Below, in pieces: positions 35,601 through 50,262 of a stretch of 64,000 nucleotides of DNA. The translations under genes were made by a program, and so were the position numbers. The stretch is from Rebecca billardiae RCC1528 (taxonomy: Eukaryota; Protista; Haptophyta): NCBI GenBank assembly GCA_965240325.2, contig OZ251234.1, positions 2,170,001-2,234,000 of the forward strand, in the 5' to 3' direction. The notes beneath the pieces are model-generated. The model saw nothing but the letters and a program-made list of their open reading frames with translations, ran no database searches and was not told the DNA's origin. Position 1 is the stretch's first letter. The number at the start of each line of letters is the position of its first letter.

Positions 35601-36596
35601 CGCGTCCTCGCGCACTCGCCCGCGTACGCGCCGCGCGCCGCCGCGCGGCTGCGCGGCTGGGCGCGCCGCGGCGGCGACGGCGGCGGCGCGTGGGGCGGCG
35701 CGTGGGTGCTCGGGCCGCGCGGCGGCGCCCGCGCGCTGAGCAGCGGCAACGGCACCGCCGCCGCCGCCGCCGCCGCCGCCTCCGCTGCCGAGCCCACGTG
35801 GGCGGAGAGCGTGGTGGGCGCGGCCGCGCGCTCGCGCGCGTGGCTCCGCGCGTCCTGGCGCGCCGCCACCGCCGCGCTGCTCCCGCCCGCCGCCGCGCCC
35901 GCCGCGGGCGCCGCCCCGCTGCCGCTGCCGGACGGCTCGCTGCAGCTGGGCCGCGCGCCCGCGCTGCTGCTCACGCCCGGCCGGCTGCCGGGCGAGTGCT
36001 GGCCCGCGGCGGGCCCGCGCGCGCGCGTGCTGCTCAAGCTCGCGCGGCGCGTGGTGCCCACCGCGTTCACGCTCGACCACGCGCCCGCCGCGCTGCTGCT
36101 GCCCGAGGACGCCTCGGCCGCGCCCGCCAACCTGAGCGTGTGGGGCGTGCGCGCGGGGCCGGCCGAGGGCGTGCGCGGCTGGCGCGCCGACCCCTCGCCC
36201 GCCGACGCCGCGCGCCTCTTTGGCGGCGAGAGCGGCGCGCGCGTGCTGCTCGCGCGCGCGCACATGCGCACGCCGCCCGCGCGCGGCACCTTCACCTTCG
36301 CCGCGACCGCCGCGACCGCCGCCGCCGCCGCCGCGCACGCGCCGGGCGGCAGCGCCGCGCCCCCGCCCTCCGCCGCCGCCGAGGGCTTCGAGCTGCTCGA
36401 GCTGCGCGTGGACGCCAACGGCGGCCACCCGGCGTACACGTGCCTCTACCGCTTCCGCGTGCACGGCACGCCCGCGCAGCCGCGCGGGCACGGGGCCGAC
36501 GGCGCACACGGCGGCATCGCGGAGGCGGCGGCGGGTGACGATGCTGCGGCTGCTGATGCGCCCACCGTCAACGATGAGGATGAGCGCTCAGCGTGA
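31431..36596 (+). CDS. SUN-domain (Sad1/UNC-84) nuclear-envelope protein, ~1,721 aa, with a very long Ala/Glu-rich coiled coil
   Basis: ATG 31431; one TM segment (GALLLLASAIAAALFVAL); C-terminal SUN motifs ADGVAMRDWAAAALGGRV, PGECW, PTAFTLDH, SAAP, NGGHPAYTCLYRFRVHG. Confidence 0.85.
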
Positions 36597-36940
36597 CCGA
36601 CGACGACGACGTCTGACGAGCGCTGTGCGGCCAGCAGCCCTCGGCAGCGCTGCAGCGCTGCGACTGCTATCACGGTCATGCGCGCCACGCCGCTCAGTCG
36701 GCGACGGGCCGCCGGCCGGGCACTGCACGGGTCACGTGTACTGCCGGACGACTGCGCGTCACGTCTGTGACCGGGTGTGGCGCGCGACTTGCTCACTTGG
36801 TCGACTGCGCGCGCACGCTGCCAACCGTCAGCGAGTTCCGTCATCAGTCCGTCCCCCGAACCAAGCCGGCCGGATTGGATGCCCTTGACATTCTGTGTTA
36901 ACCGCCAAGTGTGCATCACGTTAAATCATAGTAAACTGTA

Positions 36941-37924
36941 TCTCTTTGTTGGCCGCGGGGAAGAATACGCTAGCGTATCTTCGATGGCGCCCCGGCGCGC
37001 GTGAGCTCTGACGGCGCGTAGGAGGCGCGCGCGAGGGCGGCCGCGGGCGCGATTGATGCCTGGGACCTCAACGACAACTCACATGACGAGACATTCTCTT
37101 CTGATGCCGATGACGGCCCTCCAGAGGCGACCGCGCTCGACGACGGTCGTGATTTGGACGACTGCGGCGCTGCGCGGCGTGAGGCGGAGGAAAGCGGCGC
37201 GGCGCAGGGCTTCGAGCGGGCTGTGGCGATGGAGCAACTTATCATCGTCAACGCCATCGCCCCGAGTGCCACCGCGCTGCCGCACGCCACGCCAGTTGCG
37301 CCAGTGCAAGCTACGCGCGGCCGCTGCGGCACGAGCCGGGGGCGTGGCCAGCAGCGCGGTGGCCGCGGTGCCTGAGCAGGGCGTTGCAGGTGCGACCAGC
37401 GCGCCGCTGCCACCGCGCGCTCGTCAACAGTTGATGGAGTCGCGAATGCCGTACGTCCCGCCGACTAGCCCGCCCTGTGTGCTGTCGCCGTGACCCCTCA
37501 ATGCTGTTGGTCGTCCGACGACGAGCTGCCGAGCGCGTCGCTGAGCGTGTCGCTCAAAACGTCAGTCGTGGAGCTCTCTGACGTGCGCGGCGCTTGCTGC
37601 CCATTAAGTCAATCATGTTGGGCACCTCCTGGGGCACCTCTGGCTGAAGTCTTAGCCTCTGAGGTCTCGAACATAGCCGGCGCTAGCGTACTACCGGCAC
37701 CCTCAAAAGGAAGATACGCTAGCGTCCTTCGACTTTTGGACGGTTCCGGCGGTCGGACGGTCGCCTTGCGGCACCTGACGCCCAAACCCGAGCGGGTCCC
37801 AAGGTTTTCGAGGTCGCTGAACGCATTTGCCGCTGGGGCCGAGGTCTGAAAACCAAGCGATTGCGGCGTTTCTCGCGATTTTGTGGTCGGAAGGACGCTA
37901 GCGTATCTTCGGCCAACAAAGAGA
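36941..37924. mobile_element. ~1-kb non-autonomous TIR element with TA target duplication
   Basis: TA|TCTCTTTGTTGGCCG ... CGGCCAACAAAGAGA|TA. The palindrome GAAGATACGCTAGCGTATCTTC (variants) occurs at ~36961, ~37710 and ~37890. Confidence 0.85.
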
Positions 37925-37926
37925 TA

Positions 37927-39780
37927 CTACGCGTCGGCTTCTCCAATTCGCCTCGGGGTCGCGGCCGAAAAAAATCCGGCCTGCGCCCGCGACGGCGCGC
38001 GGCCGAGCTCGGGCCGACTCGGGAGGTCGGCGCGCGGCGCCACAACGCGTGGTGGCGCGCGTGCGTCCCGGAGCGCGATCTAGACTACGCGCGCGCGCTC
38101 ACGTGCCCTCGGGGGTACAGAGGGCCTGCAACCGCCCCCGCGTAGTGCGGCATGCCGCCTGCACCGCGTTCGCGTCCAGTCGTCGCCGAGCACCCAGATC
38201 CATCGGTGCACGCAAGCGTGGCCGGCCTGAGGGCCGGTCGGCGAAGCCGCTGAGCGCGGATCTGATGCATGCCATTCTGTGCATGCATGTGTACAGCACA
38301 GCGCCCACCGCGCTGACCACGACCGTCGTCATGACGTTCAGCGCGGGCATCACGCACTGCTGCTGCCGGCTGATGGGCGCGCGGCAAGCAGTGATGGCAA
38401 GCTGCCCCACCGCCCAGCAGCCGAGCTGGGGGGCTTAGCAGCCGCAGTACGCGTAGCTGGGTCCTGCAGCTGGGCGGCGGGGCAGTTACGAGTACTGCTG
38501 GGCGCTCGGAGTACATCAGCGCCACAGCGTTGCGGGCCGGCGGCGCGGCCAGACGGCCGGCGGCGCGGCCGACGGCCGGCCGGCAGACGGCAGCCGGCCA
38601 GTGGCAGTAGCCGGACAGGCGGAGCGATTCGAGCTGTGTTCTGAGGTGGGCAGGCTCCGCACTGATGACAGCAGATGACATATATGTGATACGCTTTAGT
38701 CGTAGTAGCAGACAAAGATGATGTGGCATGTGCTTGTGCAATGTGCCTGCGGCCGCCGCGCGGGTCACGCCGCTGCGGTGAACCGCCGCGCAACCATAAG
38801 CCGCGAGTTCATCACGCGCTGTTCCGCGTGTACCCGAGCTGCGCGCGAGGAGATCTTCGCCACCGCGGTCGCACTCGCCATGCTCAGGAGACGACACAGC
38901 AGGTGGCGGGACTTCTGAAGGGTGGCACGCTGATCCACCTCGCGCTCTGTATCTGGTGGCTCGCCGTCGCCCGAAAGGCAGGGCGTATTGGCGGCACGAC
39001 GACACTGACGGATATCCTGAACACCGATTACACTGTCATCAGTGCGGAGCCTGCCCACCTCAGAACACAGCTCGAATCGCTCCGCCTGTCCGGCTACTGC
39101 CACTGGCCGGCTGCCGTCTGCCGGCCGGCTGTCGGCCGCGCCGCCGGCCGTCGGCCGCGCCGCCGGCCCGCAACGCTGTGGCGCTGATGTACTCCGAGCG
39201 CCCAGCAGTACTCGTAACTGCCCCGCCGCCCAGCTGCAGGACCCAGCTACGCGTACTGCGGCTGCTAAGCCCCCCAGCTCGGCTGCTGGGCGGTGGGGCA
39301 GCTTGCCATCACTGCTTGCCGCGCGCCCTGATCCGAGCCGGCAGCAGCAGTGCGTGATGCCCGCGCTGAACGTCATGACGACGGTCGTGGTCAGCGCGGT
39401 GGGCGCTGTGCTGTACACATGCATGCACAGAATGTCATGCATCAGATCCGCGCTCAGCGGCTTCGCCGACCGGCCCTCAGGCCGGTCACGCTTGCGTGCA
39501 CCGATGGATCTGGGTGCTCGGCGATGACTGGACGCGAACGCGGTGCAGGCGGCATGCCGCACTACGCGGGGGCGGTTGCAGGCCCTCTGTACCCCCGAGG
39601 GCACGTGAGCGCGCGCGCGTAGTCTAGATCGCGCTCCGGGACGCACGCGCGCCACCACGCGTTGTGGCGCCGCGCGCCGACCTCCCGAGTCGGCCCGAGC
39701 TCGGCCGCGCGCCGTCGCGGGCGCAGGCCGGATTTTTTTCGGCCGCGACCCCGAGGCGAATTGGAGAAGCCGACGCGTAG
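37927..39780. mobile_element. Foldback element: ~745-bp near-perfect inverted arms (37927-38671, 39033-39780), ~360-bp spacer, TA flanks
   Basis: TA|CTACGCGTCGGCTTCTCCAATTCG... and ...CGAATTGGAGAAGCCGACGCGTAG|TA. Mirror-image ORFs (38049+ and 38765-) confirm the long inverted identity. Confidence 0.92.
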
Positions 39781-40144
39781 TAGTAATGATTCATCCCATG
39801 CTCAGTCAAGCCGATGAGATCATAGGGAGGTCGAGATGTCGTTGAAATTATGCTCAGTCAATGATCAATTACCTCGCCGCGATCTCGGCGTTGTTGCGGT
39901 AACCAAGTGAGTCTGGCACAAGTTAAATCTACCGAGGTTTTTAACCTTCATAGCAATCTCGCGGCTTCAAATGGTAATGCATTAACGCTGCTGATGCCCC
40001 TCCAGGTGCGCATCTCCGCTGCGAACCCCGCCGAACGGCCTTCTTGTTGAACCGGATACCGTACCGGCACGGCCGAGCAGGCGAGCACGCCCTTCTTCCA
40101 ACGGGACGACCTGCTTCGCGTACAGTTCGCACGTGGACTTCCGC

Positions 40145-41482
40145 ATGTCGTCCCTGGTGGCTATCCTCGGCACCGGCGAGCACCTCCGACTCGTGATCGA
40201 CGAGCTGGACGAGGACGACGCCCTCTGCGTGGCGCTCTGCTGCAAGGCGACGCACGACGCCACGCTCGCTCGATTCCCCGCGGGCATCTGCACGCGCACG
40301 GAGGCGGCTTGCAAATCGACGGCGCATGCAGCCTGGGCTATGGGCCTCGGCGAGGGGCACTCGCCGGCGGGCGCTCGCGTCTGGGCGGCGGCGGCGCGCC
40401 TCAACCGAGTCCACATCATGCGCGTGCTCGTCAAGCTCGGCATCGACGCCGACGGCAGCGCGCTGTGCGAGGCCGCACGGCACGGCTCTCTCTTCAGCGT
40501 CGAGTGGCTGCTCGTGCACCACGGGCTGATCCCGGGCCCGCGCGAGGTCGAGGCGGCGGCGGCGGGCGGTCAGCCACGTATCCTCGAGCGCTTCCTCACC
40601 CTCAGCGGCGTCCGCTGGGACTCCGACGCGTACGTCGCCGCGGCGCGCAGCGGCTGCACCGTGTGCATCCGGCTGCTGATGGAGCACGAGACGGACGCCT
40701 TCGACCTCGACCTCGACGTGTACACCAACTACACCGACCCGTCTGTCCCGCACGAGCTGGCGGCGGAGGCAGCGCCGCCGGCGGAGCTGGGGCGGCTCGA
40801 GACTCCCACGCTCGCCCCGCGCGACCAGCCCATCCCCGCGCCGGACTCGGCCGCGCGCCTCGCCTCACCGGCCTCGTCGCGGCCGGCGCCGCCCCAGCAG
40901 CAGGAGCCAGCCGGCCCGTTGCGGAGGTGGCTGCGGCGCGTGCTCGGCCTGGCGGCATCCTCGCCCGAGCGGCAGCGGCGAAGCACGCCGACGACGGCTT
41001 CGCCGCCGCCGCCTGGCCCCAGCCCGCTGCCGCCGCCATCGCCCTCCGCCACGCAGCCGGCGCAGGAGGACACCCCGTGGTACGAGCAGCAGGGCCGACC
41101 GCCGACGGCACCGCCGCCGCCGGTCGTGCGCAGGCGGTGGGACGAGCGCGCGTGCGAAGCGGCGGCGGCCGCGCGACAGTTGGAGGCGCTCGAGGTCCTG
41201 CTCGTCCACGGCGCGCCGTGCACGACGCGGGCGCGCCAGTATGTCACGCCCCACGCCGCCGTGCCCATAGCCGACGGCTTGACGAGCTCGTATCATCATC
41301 ACTCACATCAGCTGCAGCAGTGGGCGCCGGGCGGCTCCGATGAGGCGCGCTCGCACGCCACAGACACGGATGATCAGATGGCAGCCGCGGTCGCGACGGT
41401 GGCGAGTGGCGATGGCGATGACTCGGCACCGGGCGACGCCGACAGCTGGATGCGGGCCGTGAGCGCTGGCGGCGGCGGATGA
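40145..41482 (+). CDS. Intronless ankyrin-repeat protein with an F-box-like N-terminus (WD...AA..G type repeats)
   Basis: N-terminus LRLVIDELDEDDALCVALCCK; repeats ALCEAARHGSLFSVEWLLVHHG, WDSDAYVAAARSGCTVCIRLL, WDERACEAAAAARQLEALEVLLVHGAPC. Confidence 0.7.
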   Translation: MSSLVAILGTGEHLRLVIDELDEDDALCVALCCKATHDATLARFPAGICTRTEAACKSTAHAAWAMGLGEGHSPAGARVWAAAARLNRVHIMRVLVKLGIDADGSALCEAARHGSLFSVEWLLVHHGLIPGPREVEAAAAGGQPRILERFLTLSGVRWDSDAYVAAARSGCTVCIRLLMEHETDAFDLDLDVYTNYTDPSVPHELAAEAAPPAELGRLETPTLAPRDQPIPAPDSAARLASPASSRPAPPQQQEPAGPLRRWLRRVLGLAASSPERQRRSTPTTASPPPPGPSPLPPPSPSATQPAQEDTPWYEQQGRPPTAPPPPVVRRRWDERACEAAAAARQLEALEVLLVHGAPCTTRARQYVTPHAAVPIADGLTSSYHHHSHQLQQWAPGGSDEARSHATDTDDQMAAAVATVASGDGDDSAPGDADSWMRAVSAGGGG

Positions 41483-43177
41483 CCGCGCCGCATTATCGTC
41501 ACGCTACTACTTACTATCTGATGGCCTCGCGCGCGGACATGCACGGCATCAGTGCGACATATATATATATATCGTAGTATCTAACAGTGACGCTGATGAC
41601 GAGCAGTGACTGACTGAGTGACGACGACGACCCGCGCCGTAGACTCACGCGGTAGAGGGCGGGTCAGAGCCCCACTGGGGGGTGCGTGGCCCAAAATCCA
41701 ACTTCCTGTCGTCTTGAGATGAGGCTCTCAAACTTCGGGATGTCAATGTTCGCCTGAAATGAGCTGGGGTCACGCTGACAAGTTTTGCGGAAAAATGCCT
41801 CACATACTGGAGATATACGACCTCAATCTCGACGCGATCTCGGCAACATTAGTGAGGGGAGATCTATACACGACGATCTCCAAGGTGATCTCGCTATTTG
41901 CATCAGGCCAGAATCGCACCGTCTAGATCACATTTTGGCAGTCTGAAATTGGCACGGGCGGATTCTACACCCTGGAATTAAGCCTTAACGCCTACTAACT
42001 AGTTCGTCCAAGTAAATACTACGACCCGTGTGATAGCTAGTTCATGCTAATAAGAGATTTCGGGAGATTGTGGCACCCGAGAGTGTAACGGTCGGAGCTC
42101 TCGGACCCCACTACCGGGGTAAATTATTACCGGCGGGCCGCGCCGCGCCGCCGGAACGCCCTGCCCCCGTTGCGGCTGCGATGATGATTTCGATCGTCGT
42201 ATAGTCATCTGCTGATCAGATGATGATATATATATATATGCATCGCGTCGTCTGCATATCATCATCAGGCCGCCTGCTGCTGATTATGGCCCGCGGTGCA
42301 GGGCGGAGCGCGCAGCGTGGAGCCCGCACCAGCGGGCCCGAACCACGTTTCAAAAAGATCTTTGATCAAGAAAAAAGGGACGGGGGGCGGCGGAAAAAAG
42401 GGACGGGGGGCGATTTTTAGGGCTGGCGGAGACCGAGTTTCGAGTTTTTGAGATCGCATTGAGAGGTCTATCAGGCCAAAAAAAAGCGCGCCCAGCTGAT
42501 TCCCTTAAGTAAAGTGCGATCTGGACGTCAGCTGGACGTGACATTAGTGTAACGGTTCGTTACGAGCGAATCGTACTCGTCTTCCCGGATCGCGTGACGT
42601 CCGGACTGGGCCACATCCGGATCGTCGGAGGTGACGTGCCCCGGCACCGGATCGATGGGCGATGGCGGATATGCGGGACGGCGCCTGCACGTGCCTCCGG
42701 ACCCGCCTCCCGCTTGCTGCTCACGCAGTCAGCTGCGACCGTGGCGCATGATCGCAGAAGCAGTGCCGGCAGTACGGCCTGCATCAGCTAGTGCCGCGCC
42801 GTCGTGGCGCGCGCGGTACGGTTGCGCGTTTGCAGCGCTCGCCGCTCGGCGGCGACGGCACGCGCGTGCGGCTCAGGTGTGTCAAATGCGGTCTCGTCGG
42901 CGCGCTTTCGCCTGCCACCTCGTGCACCCGTGCCGCCAGTTTCATCGTCTTCATGAGGACTGCTGCTGCTGTCGCCATCCGCTCTCCATCACCCCGAGTC
43001 GCCGGTCGCGCGGCGCGCGCGGTAGGCACTAGGCAGGGCGTACGGTCACTCACCCGTGCAACGGGTCAAGTGGCCAGAGTACGTCTGGTCGTTGGCTGGC
43101 ACGGGCCGCAGCGCTAAAGCACCCTGCTGTCACACCCGACTCCTTCAGTACTCCGAGCTCCGCGGCACGACTCACTC

Positions 43178-43305
43178 GGCACGATCGCGGACGGGTCGGA
43201 TCCGAGCTGATCAGCCAGAGTTGGACACAGTTTGGCAGCTACTAGTAGTAATTCCGATGCCGATGGCACGATCGCGGACGGGTCGGATCCGAGCTGATCA
43301 GCCAG
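43178..43305. repeat. 41-bp direct duplication
   Basis: GGCACGATCGCGGACGGGTCGGATCCGAGCTGATCAGCCAG at ~43178 and ~43265. Confidence 0.85.
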
Positions 43306-43595
43306 TTGGACATTTGGCAGCTAGTTGTCAGACGGACGTCCGATTTGACGACCGGTGCCGGGTGCGGTCTCAGGTCCGCTGCTGTGATTGTGTGAAGTGT
43401 GAATGAGTCTCGCGGTCGCGCAGGCAGGGCGACGGTCGGACTAATATAGCTTCAGTCATCTCAGAACCGACTTCAACTGGCGAACTGCCACTACGGCGGA
43501 GAGCCGCGATTGCACGGCCACCGCGGGCCCCCAACTGCGTTGATTCTATGCAGAAAAGGACCGCGGAACGCGGTCCTTATTATATATATATATAT

Positions 43596-46575
<2,980 letters not shown>

Positions 46576-46582
46576 ATATATA

Positions 46583-47579
46583 TCCCCTTACCGCAGGTTG
46601 CTTCTATACGAAGCAAAGATGGGTTCGCCCCCGCGGGTGCGTGCTCGACGGGCAGGTGGACGCCGCGAGAGGGCGCGCGATGGCTGAGAGGCATCTTCGT
46701 GAGCATCTTCGTGGGCCACCCGAGCCTCATCGCCGCCGCCCTCCCCCTCACTCCGGTGCCACGGCGTCCAAACGGAGTGCCAAACGAGTGTTCGAGCACG
46801 CCCAGAAGCAAAGTTTTGAGGGGTGCTCAGTTCGCCTCTGAGGTGCTCGTATCGCTACGGTATGGTGCCGCACGCGGTACCGCATCAGGCGGGGTGAAGG
46901 ACGTCATCCGCCGGTCGGCTCTCGGGCTGCCAGTCAGTGCCTGTGGTGCTCGGACGCTGCTCTCCGAGCTCGAGATCCATCATGCGGCTTCCTGTGTGAC
47001 GTCGGCAATGAGGAGGGTGTACTTGCGCAGCGGGGCGCGCGCGTCGCGCATGCGATCGAAACCGAAACAGACGAAGAAACCTGACCGCCCATCCCGCCGA
47101 GCTCCTGGCTGACTTGCACTCGGCAATCACGCCGCGCGCGCGGCCTGCGGCTGCTGCGTGCGGCAAGCCGCCGAGCGTGTCACGCGCGACTAGCAGGTGA
47201 GTGAGTTCAGCGCGACGAGTCAGGTGAACGCGCGCAGACCAGCGCGTGCAGTACGTACACCGCCTACAGCCATCTCGACCGATCGCCTACCTGCCTGAAG
47301 CAGCTGCAAGGCGTGCAGCCGGGTGTCGCGGGCACACGGCCAGCCTGGCGGGCACGACACGCCCGTACGGCAGCTCGGCGCGCTGCCGCGCGATGCCATC
47401 GTGGAGGCATTGTAGCTGGAGGGACCAGTCTGGCGGCTGTCTGAGGGTAGCTAGACCATGCCTGCACAGTATCATGCGGCGTTCAGCGCCCAAATGCGCC
47501 CTGACTGGCCGCAAGGCGCCCTCAGCGGACGCCGTCAACTTTGCTTCCATACGAAGCAAAGTGAACTGCGGTAAGGGGA
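46583..47579. mobile_element. ~1-kb non-autonomous TIR element with TA target duplication and subterminal palindromes
   Basis: TA|TCCCCTTACCGCAG ... CTGCGGTAAGGGGA|TA; hairpin TTGCTTC-(T/C)ATAC-GAAGCAA at 46598-46616 and 47538-47562. Confidence 0.88.
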
Positions 47580-47581
47580 TA

Positions 47582-48243
47582 GCTACAGGGTGAGCGACGG
47601 CCGCAACGGTGCGGTGCGCCACCGCGCGGAACTCGTCCCGCGCGAGCGGCGCAAGCAGCTGCAGCTCCTCGACCGCGAGGTCTATGGCACGCTTGAGGGC
47701 CAGGTGGGCCCATACGAGGCGCGGCTCGACACCTTCCCCGCGATCGTCCCGATTGTCGTGGGGGCGTTCGGCGAGTGGAGCGCGGAGGTGGACCTCACCC
47801 TCAAGAAGATCGCCAAGATGGGGCGGGACACGTGGCGCGCGCGCCTCAGCGCGCCCTCGCGCCCCGCCGCCGAGCGCGCGCTGCTCGGCACCATGCGGCG
47901 CGAGCTGGGCATGCGCTGCCTGCGTGGCCAGGCCAAGATGCTCATCGCCCGCGCGCGCATGGCGCACGTGCGCCCGGGGGCACGCGCCCGCGGGGGCACT
48001 GCGTACGACGACTGCTTCGAGACGACGGCTGACGACGCGTGGCACCGCGACCACCGCGGTGGCGCGCGCGCGTCGACGCCAGACGGTGCGTCGAGCTTCC
48101 GCTCGGCGATGGAGTGATGGGCGACTACGAGGGGGGGGGACGACGGCGAGGAGCGCTGATCCTGGTGTTTGTCTCTGCTGCTCGATCTGCCGCTACAGCT
48201 TGCTGACTCTTCGGACGCCTGCCCGTTGCATACCACGTCGTTA
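47582..48243 (+). mobile_element. 5'-truncated non-LTR retrotransposon fragment (C-terminus of an RLE/CRE-like endonuclease plus 3' UTR), ending at (AT)n
   Basis: ORF 47590..48117 reads IVPIVVGAFGEWS..LKKIA...RRELGMRCLRGQAKML, resembling the 'F.P...E..G.W....L..LA...S..LQRGNA' tail of RLE-type elements. No RT domain remains. Confidence 0.55.
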
Positions 48244-48261
48244 ATATATATATATATATAT

Positions 48262-49820
48262 GTCTAGCCACTCCGCCATGCCCGGCTCGTACAAGGCGTC
48301 GGGTACGAATGGACTCTGGAGCTGGATGGTCGCGGCGCGCGGCGTCGTGGAGTAGACAGACCACAATGATCAATCATGGAACGATCAGGTTAGCTATGTT
48401 GGGATTTGAGCAACGAACGACAGCGGGCGCTGGCAGCGGCGTGGCGGTTGAGCTGCTGCCCGAGGTCGAGAGGGCGCCCGCGAGAACGATGAAGCGTGCG
48501 GGTTGACGCGACAGCGGCGAGAGCAAGAGACCATTGCATGAGGGGCGACGCGGCGAAGACAGATGATGACGTCGCGCCGCCGAACGATCAGGCGGGGAGC
48601 CGGGCCACACAGACAGCCAGCGACCTTACCGAGCAGAGGGGCTGCGGCGACTGCGGTGCACCTCCTGCAGCGGAGCGTGCACCCGGCAGTGCCCGATGCA
48701 GGCGATTCCCTTGCCCAGCTCGGCGCCTTCGTCGTGAGCAGCCCCATGGCGCCCCCGAGAGCGAAGCCTGATCGATCCGATGTGAGCGGTAACCAACCGA
48801 GTCCTGCAGGTGCGCCGCTGTGGGCCAGATTGGCAGCGCACCAGGACTCCTGCGCGCGGCGGTGCGCACAGGACAACGCAGGAATGCCGTGCGAGCCGGA
48901 TTCTTGGCGTCGCTCATAGACACTCAGTTATAGGTTCCCTATAACGCCACGTCTAGCCACTCCGCCATGCCCGGCTCGTACAAGGCGTCGGGTACGAATG
49001 GACTCTGGAGCTGGATGGTCGCGGCGCGCGGCGTCGTGGAGTAGACAGACCACAATGATCAATCATGGAACGATCAGGTTAGCTATGTTGGGATTTGAGC
49101 AACGAACGACAGCGGGCGCTGGCAGCGGCGTGGCGGTTGAGCTGCTGCCCGAGGTCGAGAGGGCGCCCGCGAGTCCCGTTTATAAGTTGGAGCGGGCGTC
49201 CAAGTAGTCGTTGATGAATCCCGTTTAGAAATAGAAGAGACGAGGACTGCGCGGCCGCGCGCGCACGATCGATCGCGACGCGCGGCGAGCAGACACGCGT
49301 CAGAGTGCGCCGCACCCGCGCGACGCACGGGCGCGAGGCGAGCGCGTATCTCAAACGATGAAGCGTGCGGGTTGACGCGACAGCGGCGAGAGCAAGAGAC
49401 CATTGCATGAGGGGCGACGCGGCGAAGACAGATGATGACGTCGCGCCGCCGAACGATCAGGCGGGGAGCCGGGCCACACAGACAGCCAGCGACCTTACCG
49501 AGCAGAGGGGCTGCGGCGACTGCGGTGCACCTCCTGCAGCGGAGCGTGCACCCGGCAGTGCCCGATGCAGGCGATTCCCTTGCCCAGCTCGGCGCCTTCG
49601 TCGTGAGCAGCCCCATGGCGCCCCCGAGAGCGAAGCCTGATCGATCCGATGTGAGCGGTCAACCAACCGAGTCCTGCAGGTGCGCCGCTGTGGGCCAGAT
49701 TGGCAGCGCACCAGGACTCCTGCGCGCGGCGGTGCGCACAGGACAACGCAGGAATGCCGTGCGAGCCGGATTCTTGGCGTCGCTCATAGACACTCAGTTA
49801 TAGGTTCCCTATAACGCCAC
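48262..49820. mobile_element. Head-to-tail dimer of a GT...AC-ended hairpin element inserted at T^A in (AT)n; units 48262-48950 and 48951-49820
   Basis: TAT|GTCTAGCCAC...GTTATAGG-TTC-CCTATAAC-GCCAC|GTCTAGCCAC...GCCAC|ATAT. The units are nearly identical except for an extra 180 bp (49174-49353) in unit 2. Confidence 0.85.
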
Positions 49821-50262
49821 ATATATTATTACTCCTTCGCGCGTCAGCGCGCGCGCAGAGCAGCGGCAGACGGCGGCGGAGCCGCATCGGCGCATCAATG
49901 CGTCTGCTCACACATCGGTCCGAATGGTCCGTCGCCGAGACCGGCCACCGGGCCTGCCGGAATGGTCGTCATCGTCAGCGCGCGGCCGCTCGGCCACGCG
50001 CACTGCGCAGCTGGGCGGGACGGGTAAGCCCACCGGGCAGCAGCGCGTTCGTCGCCATGTCCTCTCCTCCCTGCGATGGCGCGTGCGCGCGGGACACGGC
50101 GTGCGCGTGGGCACGTGGGCGCGGTGCGCGGTGCGCGGTGCGCGGTGGGCGCGCTCGACCGAGCGGTGCGGGGCTAGGGGAGGGCGGGCGGCAGGGCAGG
50201 TCCGGGCTGCGCGCGGTGGCGCGCGCTCGCACGCGCACGCACCCGCCTCGCCCCCGGCCTCG

